A DNA stretch of 32,983 nucleotides from Gammaproteobacteria bacterium (GCA_011321985.1 DROB01000121.1:1-32983), one strand, 5' to 3'. Positions 1-8,841 are shown, numbered from the stretch's first letter. Program-made: numbers and translations. The notes: generated by a model not told the origin, from the sequence alone.

Positions 1-168
1 AGAAACAAACCAAGAATTATGGAGCTCAGTGCCATAATAGTTTTATTTTTATTCTGATAGTCTAACTATAGCTGTTTATGAGAGAATTATTCAAGTCGGG
101 TTAACATCGATGGGGTTTATCAAACGATAGGAAACCATGTATTTGTCTTTGAAAACGAAACCAAAAGC

Positions 169-232
169 TTATTCACCGCAGAGGCACAGTAGACAAAAGA
201 AAACTCTGTATCTCTGTGGTGAATAAGTTTTT
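169..232. repeat. Terminator-like hairpin formed by two inverted copies of a short dispersed repeat (TTCACCGCAGAG-type)
   Basis: 169-189 ttattcaccgcagaggcacag pairs with 206-226 ctgtatctctgtggtgaataa (18 Watson-Crick pairs, 2 G-T, 1 mismatch). The loop is 16 nt. A T-run gttttt follows at 227-232 and an A-run lies at 163-166 on the other flank. Confidence 0.6.
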
Positions 233-317
233 AGTCCGCTAAAGATGACTATCAGCCAGTAGCGGATCTTCCGGGTCGGTTGAAAATATATGATTTGTAC
301 GTTTAATTTAACCTCTG

Positions 318-382
318 TTCGCGGAATAAATTCCGCTCCTACAGGTGAGGCGAACCTGTAGGAGCGGTTTGCAAACCGCGAT
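318..382. repeat. REP-like (repetitive extragenic palindrome) pair in inverted orientation
   Basis: The reverse complement of 318-345 is cctgtaggagcggaatttattccgcgaa, and 355-382 is cctgtaggagcggtttgcaaaccgcgat. The copies share the CCTGTAGGAGCGG...CCGCGA frame. Each holds its own internal palindrome (gcggaat-aa-attccgc at 321-336, gcggtttgcaaaccgc at 365-380). The two copies can also pair with each other (ccgctcctacagg / cctgtaggagcgg). Confidence 0.7.
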
Positions 383-448
383 GCCACACTTTTGATCTAA
401 AGACTACTATCGACCATTAATGGACGTTTAAAAAAAGTCAAAAGCAAA

Positions 449-464
449 TTTACCGCAGAGGTAC
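449..464 (+). repeat. Single copy of the dispersed CCGCAGAG-type short repeat
   Basis: tttaccgcagaggtac matches the arm ttcaccgcagaggcac at 173-188. Confidence 0.45.
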
Positions 465-517
465 TCTGGCAAAGTAACAGCCCGTTCAGATTTGAACTAA
501 TACAATTTAGTATCTTG

Positions 518-1072
518 CTAATGTGTTGATCTAAATCGCTCATTCAGCCGTTCCCAGTCAAACCCTGTGCCCGGATCTTTTTTGCGTCCGGGGGATATAT
601 CGCAGTGACCCGTAATGTTGCCCGAGATCTCAGGGTAAGCCTGTTGCAAGGCTGATATGAGTTGCGCCAGCTGAGCGTATTGTGCCTCTTCAAAAGGATC
701 GGTATCCGTGCCTTCCAGCTCTATACCGATGGAAAAGTCATTACAACGTTCGCGCCCCTGGAAACATGACTGGCCTGCGTGCCAGGCCCGTTCATGGAAA
801 GGGACGAACTGTATGACCTCCCCGGTACGCTTGATCAGGATATGAGAGGAAACCTGCATGGTGTGTATTTCTTCAAAGTAGGGGTGTGCCTCTCTATCCA
901 GTTTGTTCTGGAAGAACTGCTCGATCTCGTCGCTACCGTATTGCCCTGGTGGCAGGCTGATCGAGTGGATGACGATCAGATCAATAACTGTATTTTTCGG
1001 CCGGTTGTCTTTGTTGGGTGAGGGACATTGTGAGGCATTTTCCAGTAGCCCGGTCGATGTGTTTATCTTCAT
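518..1072 (-). CDS. ampD: 1,6-anhydro-N-acetylmuramyl-L-alanine amidase AmpD (amidase_2 family)
   Basis: 184 aa. The N-terminus CPSPNKDNRP...LIVIHSISLPPGQYG parallels E. coli AmpD VPSPHYDCRP...LLVVHNISLPPGEFG. Other family motifs present: HAGQS, NDFSIGIELEG, GHCDISPGRKKDPG. Confidence 0.9.
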   Translation of the reverse strand: MKINTSTGLLENASQCPSPNKDNRPKNTVIDLIVIHSISLPPGQYGSDEIEQFFQNKLDREAHPYFEEIHTMQVSSHILIKRTGEVIQFVPFHERAWHAGQSCFQGRERCNDFSIGIELEGTDTDPFEEAQYAQLAQLISALQQAYPEISGNITGHCDISPGRKKDPGTGFDWERLNERFRSTH

Positions 1073-1078
1073 CTGATG

Positions 1079-1106
1079 ATTATAGCTGCTGGTGGATACA
1101 GGTCAA
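1079..1106 (-). promoter_or_regulatory. Sigma70-type promoter abutting the ampD start codon (possible leaderless transcript)
   Basis: On the minus strand the order is TTGACC (1101-1106), a 16-nt spacer, TATAAT (1079-1084), 6 nt (catcag), then ATG at 1072. No Shine-Dalgarno sequence lies in between. Confidence 0.45.
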
Positions 1107-1169
1107 AATTTGAAATATTTTTTCACCGCGCCGCATACACATCCTGTTCCGACATACCTGTAGAAAAAA

Positions 1170-2024
1170 TTACCGGATAGCGGTCGTGCCTGAGATATCT
1201 AATGGCAGTCTATAATTTTTTAATAGATCAAGTCCGGTATCGATCGTAACATTACCTTTGAGCTGATAAGCCACTGGTGATTTATTAACCAGAGCAGTGT
1301 AAGCCGATCTGCCGGCACTGAGCAGGTTAAGTTTTACCGGTATCTCGACGAAGCCCTTGCCCTTTCCGGGGATGTTGCTGCTCCTGGTTACCTTTCCCTG
1401 CCCCCAGTTTTGCTGGTTAACCTCTAACTGGTAATTCAGTTTGCTTATGGTCAGGCCAAAATCATTCGGGTTATCGATCTCCACCAGTGTTACCAGCTCA
1501 GCCGAGGTGAAGCTGATGTTTTTGACTTTGACATCCTTTATCTTTATGTCGGGAATCCTGGGGACGGGTAGTTCTCCCTTCTTGCTGACCGGGATCGCGT
1601 AATTACCTATCACCGGCAGGTTCACATTTAATTGAGAGATCAGCTGGTAGCTGATCTTGTCCTTATTCCATAACTCGCCGGGCAATTTTTTAAGATCATC
1701 AAATTTCAGTGTAATGGGTAGCTGGACAGGGCTGGTAGAATTTGCTTTTACTTTTATGGCCTGCGCCGTGGTACCACTGACCAGCGATTTATCTTCTATT
1801 TTTAAATCATAATCCAGGCCGGCCAGTTTGAGCGAGACCGGATTTTTATTTTCGATGGCAAGATCAAAAACCAGATCGACCTGCTCGAAGTTAATGTTTG
1901 CCAGCCGCATGCTGGTGAACTTTGCTGTGGGTTTTGCTATATCGGCACGCCTGGCTAATTCTGCGCAGCTGATGAGGGACAGTGCGACGAGCAGGAGGAG
2001 TAATTTTTTGACTGAAGGCTTCAT
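1170..2024 (-). CDS. Lipoprotein with two tandem LEA_2 / WHy (water-stress and hypersensitive-response) domains
   Basis: Signal peptide plus lipobox LISC. Two repeats of the LEA_2 pattern are present (VDLVFDLAIENKNPVSLKLAGLDYDLKIEDKSL... and AELVTLVEIDNPNDFGLTISKLNYQLEVNQQN...). Confidence 0.75.
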   Translation of the reverse strand: MKPSVKKLLLLLVALSLISCAELARRADIAKPTAKFTSMRLANINFEQVDLVFDLAIENKNPVSLKLAGLDYDLKIEDKSLVSGTTAQAIKVKANSTSPVQLPITLKFDDLKKLPGELWNKDKISYQLISQLNVNLPVIGNYAIPVSKKGELPVPRIPDIKIKDVKVKNISFTSAELVTLVEIDNPNDFGLTISKLNYQLEVNQQNWGQGKVTRSSNIPGKGKGFVEIPVKLNLLSAGRSAYTALVNKSPVAYQLKGNVTIDTGLDLLKNYRLPLDISGTTAIR

Positions 2025-2242
2025 GTTTTTCGTATGATGGTTAAAGATATGTGGTGTATGTTAGCGGTGAACAGGGGTAATTTCCAGACATAAAATTATC
2101 ACCGTTCAGGTGAAACAATCTGTTACGAAAAATATCAATCATTTATACCGATAAAAATCACTTTCGATAAAATAGTTTTTATATTGAACAAAAAACAAAA
2201 ACTATCGCGTAGAATACCCGGCTTCGAGTTGGTTTCAGAAAG

Positions 2243-4270
2243 ATGTCTTCACAGCCCCAAGCAACAAATAAACCCGGACTTAATCCACAGCAGAAGCAGG
2301 CCGCACGAACCATCAATGGTCCGATGTTGGTGCTGGCGGGTGCGGGTAGCGGTAAGACCCGTGTTATCACAGAAAAGATCGCCTACCTGATCGGTGAATG
2401 CGGGATCTCACCGTCGAGGATCGCAGCGGTAACGTTTACCAATAAATCTGCACAGGAGATGAAGAGCCGTGTCAAAAAACTGATAGGAGGTAAAGCCAGC
2501 CGTGGTCTGCGCGTATCTACCTTTCATCGTCTGGCACTAACCATCTTGCAGAAAGAATATGCAGCACTGGATTACAAATCGGGCTTTTCAGTATTTGCAA
2601 CCGGTGATTGTATTACCGTGTTATCTGAATTGCTCAAGGTGACCGGCGAACGTGGGCTGGACGTGGCTGAATCGGCACACTGGCAGATATCACAGTGGAA
2701 GAATGATGGTGTCATGCCAGATCAGGCGATACTGGTGGCCGAAGATGACAGGCAGCTTGGTATCGCCAGATTATATGGCCAGTACCAACGACAGCTGCAC
2801 GCCTATAATGCCTTCGATCTGGATGACCTTATCCTGCAGACTGCACACCTGTTCAGGACACACGATGATATCCTGCAGCGATGGCAGAACAAGATCCATT
2901 ATCTGCTGGTCGATGAATATCAGGATACCAATGCCATGCAGTATGAGCTGGTTAAAATGCTGGCCGAGAGAAGGCAATGTCTGACCGCGGTCGGCGATGA
3001 TGATCAGTCGATCTATGCCTGGCGTGGTGCGAAGCCGGAAAACCTGGTGCAGTTATCAAAAGACTTTCCGGATCTGAAGATCATCAAGCTGGAACAGAAT
3101 TACCGTTCGACACGGCGTATCCTGAAACTGGCTAACGAGCTGATAAAAAATAATCCTCACGTCTATGAGAAAAAATTGTGGAGTGATCTTGGTATGGGAG
3201 AAGGTGTCCGCCTCATCCAGTGTAATAGCGAAGAAGACGAAGGTGAGCGTGTCTGCATGGAGTTGCAATCACACCGGATTCAGAACCTGACAAAGTTTAA
3301 AGATTACGCGATATTGTACCGTGGTAATTTTCAGGCACGTGTATTTGAGACCTATCTGCGTGGGATGCATATCCCATACGTCGTAAGCGGCGGCATCTCA
3401 TTCTTCGAGCGCACCGAGATAAAAGATATCGTTGCATACCTGAGGTTGCTGGTTAACCCCGATGACGATGCCGCATTCCTGCGCGTTATCAATACCCCCA
3501 GACGCAGCATCGGTGCGGCCACATTAGAGAAACTGGGTAAGTACGCCACCAGACGTGGTGTCAGCATGTTAGCGGCCTGTGGTGAAGTCGGACTGGAAAC
3601 AAGGATATCCAAAACGGCTTATAAGAATCTGACAGTATTTACCGACTGGTTATTGAGGCTGGCACATCGTGCAGAAGATGAAGCAGCAACAGAGATAACA
3701 CGACAACTGCTGGATGATATTCACTATGAACACTGGTTGCACGAGCAGAGCAAGGACAGTGAAACAGCAGAGAGACGCTGGAAAAATGTCATCGAATTGA
3801 TGGACTGGTTAGCCCGTCTGCAGAAAAAAGACTCGGACGCAAGTGTTGCGGAACTGATGGCACAGTTATCGTTGATGGATATATTGCAACGGAACCAGGA
3901 TGAGACGGATCTGGATGCAGTGCAACTGATGACCTTGCACGCGGCAAAAGGCCTGGAATTCCCGCATGTGTTCCTGGTCGGCTTCGAAGAGGAACTTATC
4001 CCGCATGCGACCAGCATCCAGGAAGATAATATCGAAGAAGAGCGTCGTCTGGCTTATGTAGGTATCACCCGTGCAGAAAAGAGTCTGACCATGACCATGG
4101 CGAGAACGAGGAAACGTTATGGAGAAAAGATCATGTGTGAGCCCAGCCGTTTTCTCGAAGAGTTACCCGAAGACGAGATCGACTGGCTGGGGGGTAAAGC
4201 ATCAAAAGAAAAGTCGACACAGAATAAAGGCAAGGCGCATCTGGATGGTTTAAAGGCACTGTTGGGTTAA
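2243..4270 (+). CDS. rep: ATP-dependent DNA helicase Rep (UvrD/Rep superfamily 1)
   Basis: 675 aa. LNPQQKQAARTINGPMLVLAGAGSGKTRVITEKIAYLI...AAVTFTNKSAQEMKSRV aligns with the E. coli Rep N-terminus. Also present: LLVDEYQDTN, QNYRST, and the C-terminal LAYVGITRAEKSL. The length matches Rep rather than UvrD. Confidence 0.9.
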   Translation: MSSQPQATNKPGLNPQQKQAARTINGPMLVLAGAGSGKTRVITEKIAYLIGECGISPSRIAAVTFTNKSAQEMKSRVKKLIGGKASRGLRVSTFHRLALTILQKEYAALDYKSGFSVFATGDCITVLSELLKVTGERGLDVAESAHWQISQWKNDGVMPDQAILVAEDDRQLGIARLYGQYQRQLHAYNAFDLDDLILQTAHLFRTHDDILQRWQNKIHYLLVDEYQDTNAMQYELVKMLAERRQCLTAVGDDDQSIYAWRGAKPENLVQLSKDFPDLKIIKLEQNYRSTRRILKLANELIKNNPHVYEKKLWSDLGMGEGVRLIQCNSEEDEGERVCMELQSHRIQNLTKFKDYAILYRGNFQARVFETYLRGMHIPYVVSGGISFFERTEIKDIVAYLRLLVNPDDDAAFLRVINTPRRSIGAATLEKLGKYATRRGVSMLAACGEVGLETRISKTAYKNLTVFTDWLLRLAHRAEDEAATEITRQLLDDIHYEHWLHEQSKDSETAERRWKNVIELMDWLARLQKKDSDASVAELMAQLSLMDILQRNQDETDLDAVQLMTLHAAKGLEFPHVFLVGFEEELIPHATSIQEDNIEEERRLAYVGITRAEKSLTMTMARTRKRYGEKIMCEPSRFLEELPEDEIDWLGGKASKEKSTQNKGKAHLDGLKALLG

Positions 4271-4489
4271 TCGGATGGGAAGATCGGGTAAAGTTAACAA
4301 AAGTTAACACTTCAGGGCTTAAATCAAGGGATTAGATCATGTTTAATGCTCGTCTGCTCTGAATCAAAAGTGTATAATCGCGCCACAGTGGCCTTTCCTG
4401 GAGATTACTCGGATTAAGTGAGTGCTCTGAAGAAGGATGTTACATTGACAATTTATAGATATTTATTCAAAAAATAGAGAGATAATTAC

Positions 4490-5137
4490 ATGAAAGTTAA
4501 AATCATAGGTACATTGGTAATGTGTGCTGCATCTATGCAGGTAATGGCAGATAATGCCCCTTATTGGTCTGGCAGCGACGGTAACTATGCTCGTGGCCGT
4601 GATGGTCACTGTGTTCGTACTATCACCTGGACTGCGAAAGATGCGATCGCAGGCTGTGAAGGTGGTAAAACTGCAGCTGCAAAACCAGCACCAGCTGCTA
4701 AACCGGAGCCAGTAGCTAAATCTGAGCCCGTAGCAAAACCTGAGCCTGTTGCCAAAGCGACATCAGCAGCACCTGAATACACTGATCTAAGCCTGGCATC
4801 AGGCGCGTCATTCAAGTTGGGTGGCAGTACACTGAGTGCTGATGGTAAAGCGGCAGTCGCTAATCTGATCTCTAAATTCGATGGTGAAACGATCGACTCT
4901 GTTGTCGTCGAAGGTTATACCGATGACCGGGGTGCAGCCTCATTTAACCAGCAGCTTTCTGAAAAACGTGCCAGTGCCGTCAAAGCCGAGCTTGTTAAAA
5001 ATGGTGTAGATGCAGATAAGATCTCAACAGTAGGTTATGGCGAAGCGAATCCGGTAGCCAGTAACGGTACACGTGAAGGTCGCGCTCAAAACCGCCGTGT
5101 CGTGATCAAGGTTGATGGTAAACGACGTCAGCTATAA
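4490..5137 (+). CDS. OmpA-family peptidoglycan-binding protein, RmpM-like (small Cys-pair N-domain, Pro-rich hinge, OmpA_C domain)
   Basis: Signal peptide ends ...MQVMA-DN. The hinge reads KPAPAAKPEPVAKSEPVAKPEPVAK. The C-terminal OmpA-like motifs are VEGYTDDRGAASFNQQLSEKRASAV...GYGEANPVA...NRRVVI. Confidence 0.85.
   Translation: MKVKIIGTLVMCAASMQVMADNAPYWSGSDGNYARGRDGHCVRTITWTAKDAIAGCEGGKTAAAKPAPAAKPEPVAKSEPVAKPEPVAKATSAAPEYTDLSLASGASFKLGGSTLSADGKAAVANLISKFDGETIDSVVVEGYTDDRGAASFNQQLSEKRASAVKAELVKNGVDADKISTVGYGEANPVASNGTREGRAQNRRVVIKVDGKRRQL
4681..4752 (+). repeat. Four in-frame 18-nt tandem repeats encoding the (K-P/S-E/A-P-V/A-A) hinge of the OmpA-family protein
   Basis: The four units are aaaccagcaccagctgct / aaaccggagccagtagct / aaatctgagcccgtagca / aaacctgagcctgttgcc. 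Confidence 0.8.
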
Positions 5138-5155
5138 GCGATAAGATCGTTCCTG

Positions 5156-5186
5156 AAAAATGCCTTCCTTCTGGAAGGCATTTTTT
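5156..5186. terminator. Bidirectional rho-independent terminator between the convergent OmpA-family and GGDEF-EAL genes
   Basis: The element reads aaaaa-tgccttcc-ttct-ggaaggca-tttttt: an 8-bp stem and 4-nt loop, with an A-run upstream and a T-run downstream. Confidence 0.85.
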
Positions 5187-5283
5187 ATGCGTGGAATAAT
5201 ATTTCAGGATGGTGCAGGAACATTCCATCCACGGGAAGTGGTACGAACTCAACGGAGTGAGATGAGCAGGATGTTATGGCAGG

Positions 5284-7293
5284 TTATAGAGAACCGGAGA
5301 TGGCAGAGTAAAAATCATCGGCAGGTAATATCAGCTGTTCCAGTGGTAAAGGTTTTCCGAACAGGAAGCCCTGAAATTTCTGGCACCCTCTGGATAGTAA
5401 AAAGTCCATTATCTGCTGAGACTCCACGCCTTCAGCGACGATGTCGATGCTCATGTTCCTGGCCATCGCGATGATGGTCTTTATGATAGCTGCATCGTTT
5501 GCATTATTGACGGACTCCAGGACGAAAGATTTGTCGATCTTCAGGATATTGATCGGGAGTTGTTTCAGGTAAGTCAGTGATGAGTAACCTGTGCCAAAGT
5601 CATCGATCGCAAAACTGATACCGATCGATTTTAATATCTTCATCTTCTCGATCGTCTCATCGATATCTTTTAATACCATACCCTCGGTTATTTCCAGCTG
5701 TACATTATCAGGATTTATCGTTGTTTCGGCGATGACCGTTTTTACTTTCTGGATAAAGAGAGGCTCACTGAACTGACGTGGGCTCACATTGATGCAGATC
5801 TTTATGTCATCGTTACCGCTTATTATTTCAGAAAATTGCTGGCATGCTGTTTTTAATACCCACTCACCGATAGGGACGATGAGCCCGCTTTTTTCTGCTA
5901 TCTCGATGAACTCGTTCGGCAGGATCTGTCCTTTATCAGGATGGTTCCAGCGTAATAAAGCTTCATAGCCGATGATGTTTTTCTCATGGTCGACCTGAGG
6001 TTGATAATTTAATTCGAATTCATTATTCGCCAAGGCATGGTGCAGATCCTTTTCGATGGCCCGTCGATTATTGACCACCTGTTGCATTTCCGAGAAGAAT
6101 AAACGCGCGGTATTACGTCCCGCTTCTTTCGCTTCATATAGCGCGACATCGGATTTCTGTATTATGTCATCCGAACTGGTTTCATCGAGCGGAAAAAGTG
6201 ATATCCCTATGCTGACACTGGAATGTATGATGTGCCCGTCGATATCGAAGGCATCCTGAAATAACCGGAGTATCTCTGCCGAAAAATTTTCAGCATTGTC
6301 CGTCGCACTACTCAATTCATCTCCTGCTTCTGATATGAGAATGATAAACTCATCTCCACCGAGACGGGCGACGGTGTCTTCGTCCCTGACACGTTTTTTG
6401 ATACGGTGCGCCACCTGTTTTAATAACTCATCTCCGATGGCATGGCCGAGAGAATCATTGATGGTCTTGAAGTGGTCGAGGTCCAGAAATAATACAGCAC
6501 CGTAATGCTCGTGCCGGCTGGCGCGTTTCATCTCATGATTCAGACGTTCACTTAATAAACGACGGTTGGGTAGATCGGTCAGCATATCGTAGTGGGCCTG
6601 ATAGTGGATCATTTTCTCATCGATCAGCCGTTGATGCCGTATCGTCATCGACTCCCTGATCGTCCGGTTCAGGTTCTTTGATGTGACTATCATCATCACC
6701 GTGAATAACAGGGCCATCACAGCCATGTAGGTGGTTATCACAGAGTCTTCGAGCAGGAAGCGCGTGGTCAGGGGAATCGTCGTAAGCAAGATGAAGGCAA
6801 AAGAGGAAGATTTCAGAGGAGATAATGTCGCTACTGCTCCTGCAGACATACCGGTGAGGACAAAGGCGACAAACACCTGATGTGCCAGGTCGTTCGTGGG
6901 GAATAACCATATGGCGGCACTGCCCCATAATGCGCCCGAAGCGATACTGGTGATGAATGTTATGGTGCACCAGTAATCCGGTATGGCTCGCTCCATACCA
7001 AGCTTTTTAAACTTTCTGGCGATTCCGATGCGGGCCAGTGAAAGGGAATTGGTCGCAAAAAACCACACTAATATGGTTTCATGTGAAATCACATTCCACT
7101 GGATGATGCTGAGGATGGTGCTATTGATCAGCACGGCGGTCAATGTGAGTGCCAGTGAGGAATAGACTGTGCGTATTAAGTCCGAGGAGATATCGGGAAT
7201 ACTGACAGTGTTGTCGCCATCCGCAGCAAGTTCCGATGCCGTAATGTTCGTTTGTGCTCCAATAGTATTCGGAATAGGGTTTATACTGGTCAT
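5284..7293 (-). CDS. Membrane-anchored GGDEF-EAL protein (diguanylate cyclase / c-di-GMP phosphodiesterase) with a multi-TM N-terminal sensor domain
   Basis: 669 aa with about 7 hydrophobic helices at the N-terminus. An I-site-like RDED lies 5 residues before an intact GGDEF (RDEDTVARLGGDEF). EAL-domain motifs present: EALLRW, DDFGTGYSSL, KIDKSF, VAEGVE, QGFLFGKP. Confidence 0.9.
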   Translation of the reverse strand: MTSINPIPNTIGAQTNITASELAADGDNTVSIPDISSDLIRTVYSSLALTLTAVLINSTILSIIQWNVISHETILVWFFATNSLSLARIGIARKFKKLGMERAIPDYWCTITFITSIASGALWGSAAIWLFPTNDLAHQVFVAFVLTGMSAGAVATLSPLKSSSFAFILLTTIPLTTRFLLEDSVITTYMAVMALLFTVMMIVTSKNLNRTIRESMTIRHQRLIDEKMIHYQAHYDMLTDLPNRRLLSERLNHEMKRASRHEHYGAVLFLDLDHFKTINDSLGHAIGDELLKQVAHRIKKRVRDEDTVARLGGDEFIILISEAGDELSSATDNAENFSAEILRLFQDAFDIDGHIIHSSVSIGISLFPLDETSSDDIIQKSDVALYEAKEAGRNTARLFFSEMQQVVNNRRAIEKDLHHALANNEFELNYQPQVDHEKNIIGYEALLRWNHPDKGQILPNEFIEIAEKSGLIVPIGEWVLKTACQQFSEIISGNDDIKICINVSPRQFSEPLFIQKVKTVIAETTINPDNVQLEITEGMVLKDIDETIEKMKILKSIGISFAIDDFGTGYSSLTYLKQLPINILKIDKSFVLESVNNANDAAIIKTIIAMARNMSIDIVAEGVESQQIMDFLLSRGCQKFQGFLFGKPLPLEQLILPADDFYSAISGSL

Positions 7294-7305
7294 TATCTGT
7301 AAGGT

Positions 7306-7319
7306 GTTGAAATTTCAAC
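7306..7319. promoter_or_regulatory. Perfect 14-bp palindrome GTTGAAATTTCAAC 13-26 nt upstream of the GGDEF-EAL start codon (candidate operator)
   Basis: Read directly from the sequence. The palindrome lies in the 330-bp divergent intergenic region. Confidence 0.3.
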
Positions 7320-7640
7320 AAAATTTATTAGCAGGGAGTTAATATTCTTATAGATGATGATTGTGCATACGGCAATCGAATTCCACTGTTTGGATGAACA
7401 ATCTGACCAGGTGTCGCGTTTTTCATCAGATCTACCGTGCATCGGCGCTGTCATGGTTGCCCCATAGCACATCCGGATTTTGATGCAGTACGTGCCCGAT
7501 GCAGGACAGGATGCCTGAATACCACTGGCTGTCGGTATTATTTTTGGAGTCAGAGGTGATTTAAATGCCTTATTGGAGTTGCTCTAAACCACCGAAACAT
7601 GCAATATATGTACTAATTAATCGTGTTTTTTGGGTCACCC

Positions 7641-8492
7641 ATGAAAAATGACATTATTGCCAAGAAGGGACGCGCCGTTTTGAGAGGGAAGACCAGTTCT
7701 GTAGAGAGTGAAGGTCAGTTTGTTTCCAAGCTGCGAAACGCTATCAACGGTGATGAACTGAGCCTGCATTATCAACCGCGTTTTGATATCGTGCAGGGTA
7801 AAGCCGATGTTCTTGAAGCACTCGTACGCTGGTATGAGCCGGGGGTAGGCCTGTTTCACCCGGAAGTATTTATCGGCCCGGCAGAAGAGAATGGTCTGAT
7901 CTTTTCGCTGGATCTGTGGGTCTTTGAACAATGTTGTAAAGACATGAAACAGCTGCAGGCAACGGTTAACCCGAATGTGAAAATTGCAGTTAATATTTCG
8001 ATCCTGACCTGCGAAAGTATCTATTATGCCCAGAAGATCATCGAGATCAGCGAGAGGCACGGGGTCTCCCTGCTCGACTTCGAGTTTGAGATAACGGAGA
8101 CCAGTCAGATACGTGATATCCGGAAAGTCATCGCCTTTTGTGACACCTTGAAAAGTTATGGTGCAACATTCTGCCTGGATGATTTCGGGACCGGGCAGTC
8201 AGCACTGGTGAACCTGCAGATGTTGCCGGTCAGTACGGTAAAGATCAATCAATGTTTTGTTCAGGGTATCGGACAGTCAGATCGCAGTGAGAGTATCATC
8301 TGTGGTCTGATCAGGCTGGTAAAAGAACTGGGTATGCAGACGGTCGCCGAAGGTATCGAAACGAACGAGCAATACTGGTTCATGCGTGAGGCAGGTTGCG
8401 ATCAACTGCAAGGTTTTCTACTGGGCAGACCATTACGATTTATGCAGCTAAAAACGCAGTCACTAAAAGAACCTGTTATCAAAAACGGGTAG
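7641..8492 (+). CDS. Stand-alone EAL-domain protein (c-di-GMP phosphodiesterase)
   Basis: Motifs present: LEALVRW, NIS, EFEITE, DDFGTGQSAL, VKINQ, VAEGIE, QGFLLGRP. I placed the start at ATG 7641. The ORF track opens at GTG 7623, and neither start has a strong SD. Confidence 0.85.
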   Translation: MKNDIIAKKGRAVLRGKTSSVESEGQFVSKLRNAINGDELSLHYQPRFDIVQGKADVLEALVRWYEPGVGLFHPEVFIGPAEENGLIFSLDLWVFEQCCKDMKQLQATVNPNVKIAVNISILTCESIYYAQKIIEISERHGVSLLDFEFEITETSQIRDIRKVIAFCDTLKSYGATFCLDDFGTGQSALVNLQMLPVSTVKINQCFVQGIGQSDRSESIICGLIRLVKELGMQTVAEGIETNEQYWFMREAGCDQLQGFLLGRPLRFMQLKTQSLKEPVIKNG

Positions 8493-8565
8493 GGCGTTTC
8501 TCTCGGGTATTTTCTCTGTCGTCCAGCTACTCCAGTTCACGCTGATCCGTTCAGCGGTTTCACCG

Positions 8566-8841
8566 TCAGCTGTTATGGTCACAGTTACCGGGCAGTGACA
8601 CATCGATGGTCTTCTCTGCCAGAGCTTTCCAGAAATAGACTTCCGTCGTGGCAGGGTCGCACGACTGACAGCTGGTTCCACAGGATGCGGTTGCTGAGCG
8701 TCTCTCTACTTTCCCTTTTTTTATCCACACATCGAGCATACCGCGAACCGCATCTGCATCGGTATCGAAATGCAGGGCAATATCACTGAGTGTGCATTGG
8801 CCTCGTTGTTTGAGGTAATCACGTATTTGAGACAGAATCAT
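8566..8841 (-). CDS. feoC: Ferrous iron transport protein FeoC (winged-helix with Cys cluster)
   Basis: MILSQIRDYLKQRGQCTLSDIALHFDTDADAVRGMLDVWIKKGKVER...SCGTSCQSC matches the FeoC/YhgG family. I trimmed the start to ATG 8841, which is 14 nt after the feoB stop. The longer track ORF would overlap feoB. Confidence 0.8.
   Translation of the reverse strand: MILSQIRDYLKQRGQCTLSDIALHFDTDADAVRGMLDVWIKKGKVERRSATASCGTSCQSCDPATTEVYFWKALAEKTIDVSLPGNCDHNS

Noticed and set aside
169-387. 72-aa ORF on the minus strand at the start of the window.
   Set aside because: It is the read-through translation of the dispersed repeat (…FFCLLCLCGE) and the REP pair (…SPVGAEFIPRT…). It has no SD and no family resemblance.
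7354-7467. 37-aa ORF (MMIVHTAIEFHCLDEQ...) in the GGDEF-EAL / EAL divergent spacer.
   Set aside because: The nearest purine-rich stretch (GGGAG) is 15 nt from the ATG, which is too far for an SD. The peptide has no hydrophobic or signal character. I cannot support it without conservation data.
7294-7640. Possible c-di-GMP riboswitch or FNR/CRP site in the spacer between the two c-di-GMP genes.
   Set aside because: I found no GEMM-type conserved segments (for example ACGCAAAGC-type cores). The palindrome TTGA-N4-TCAA has the wrong half-site spacing for FNR (TTGAT-N4-ATCAA) or CRP.
8540-8556. Small hairpin cgctga-tccgt-tcagcg between the convergent EAL and feoC genes as a terminator. Similar weak stems occur at 13458-13493 and 32480-32540.
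   Set aside because: The stems are only 5-7 bp with large loops or no adjacent U-run. This is too weak to call.
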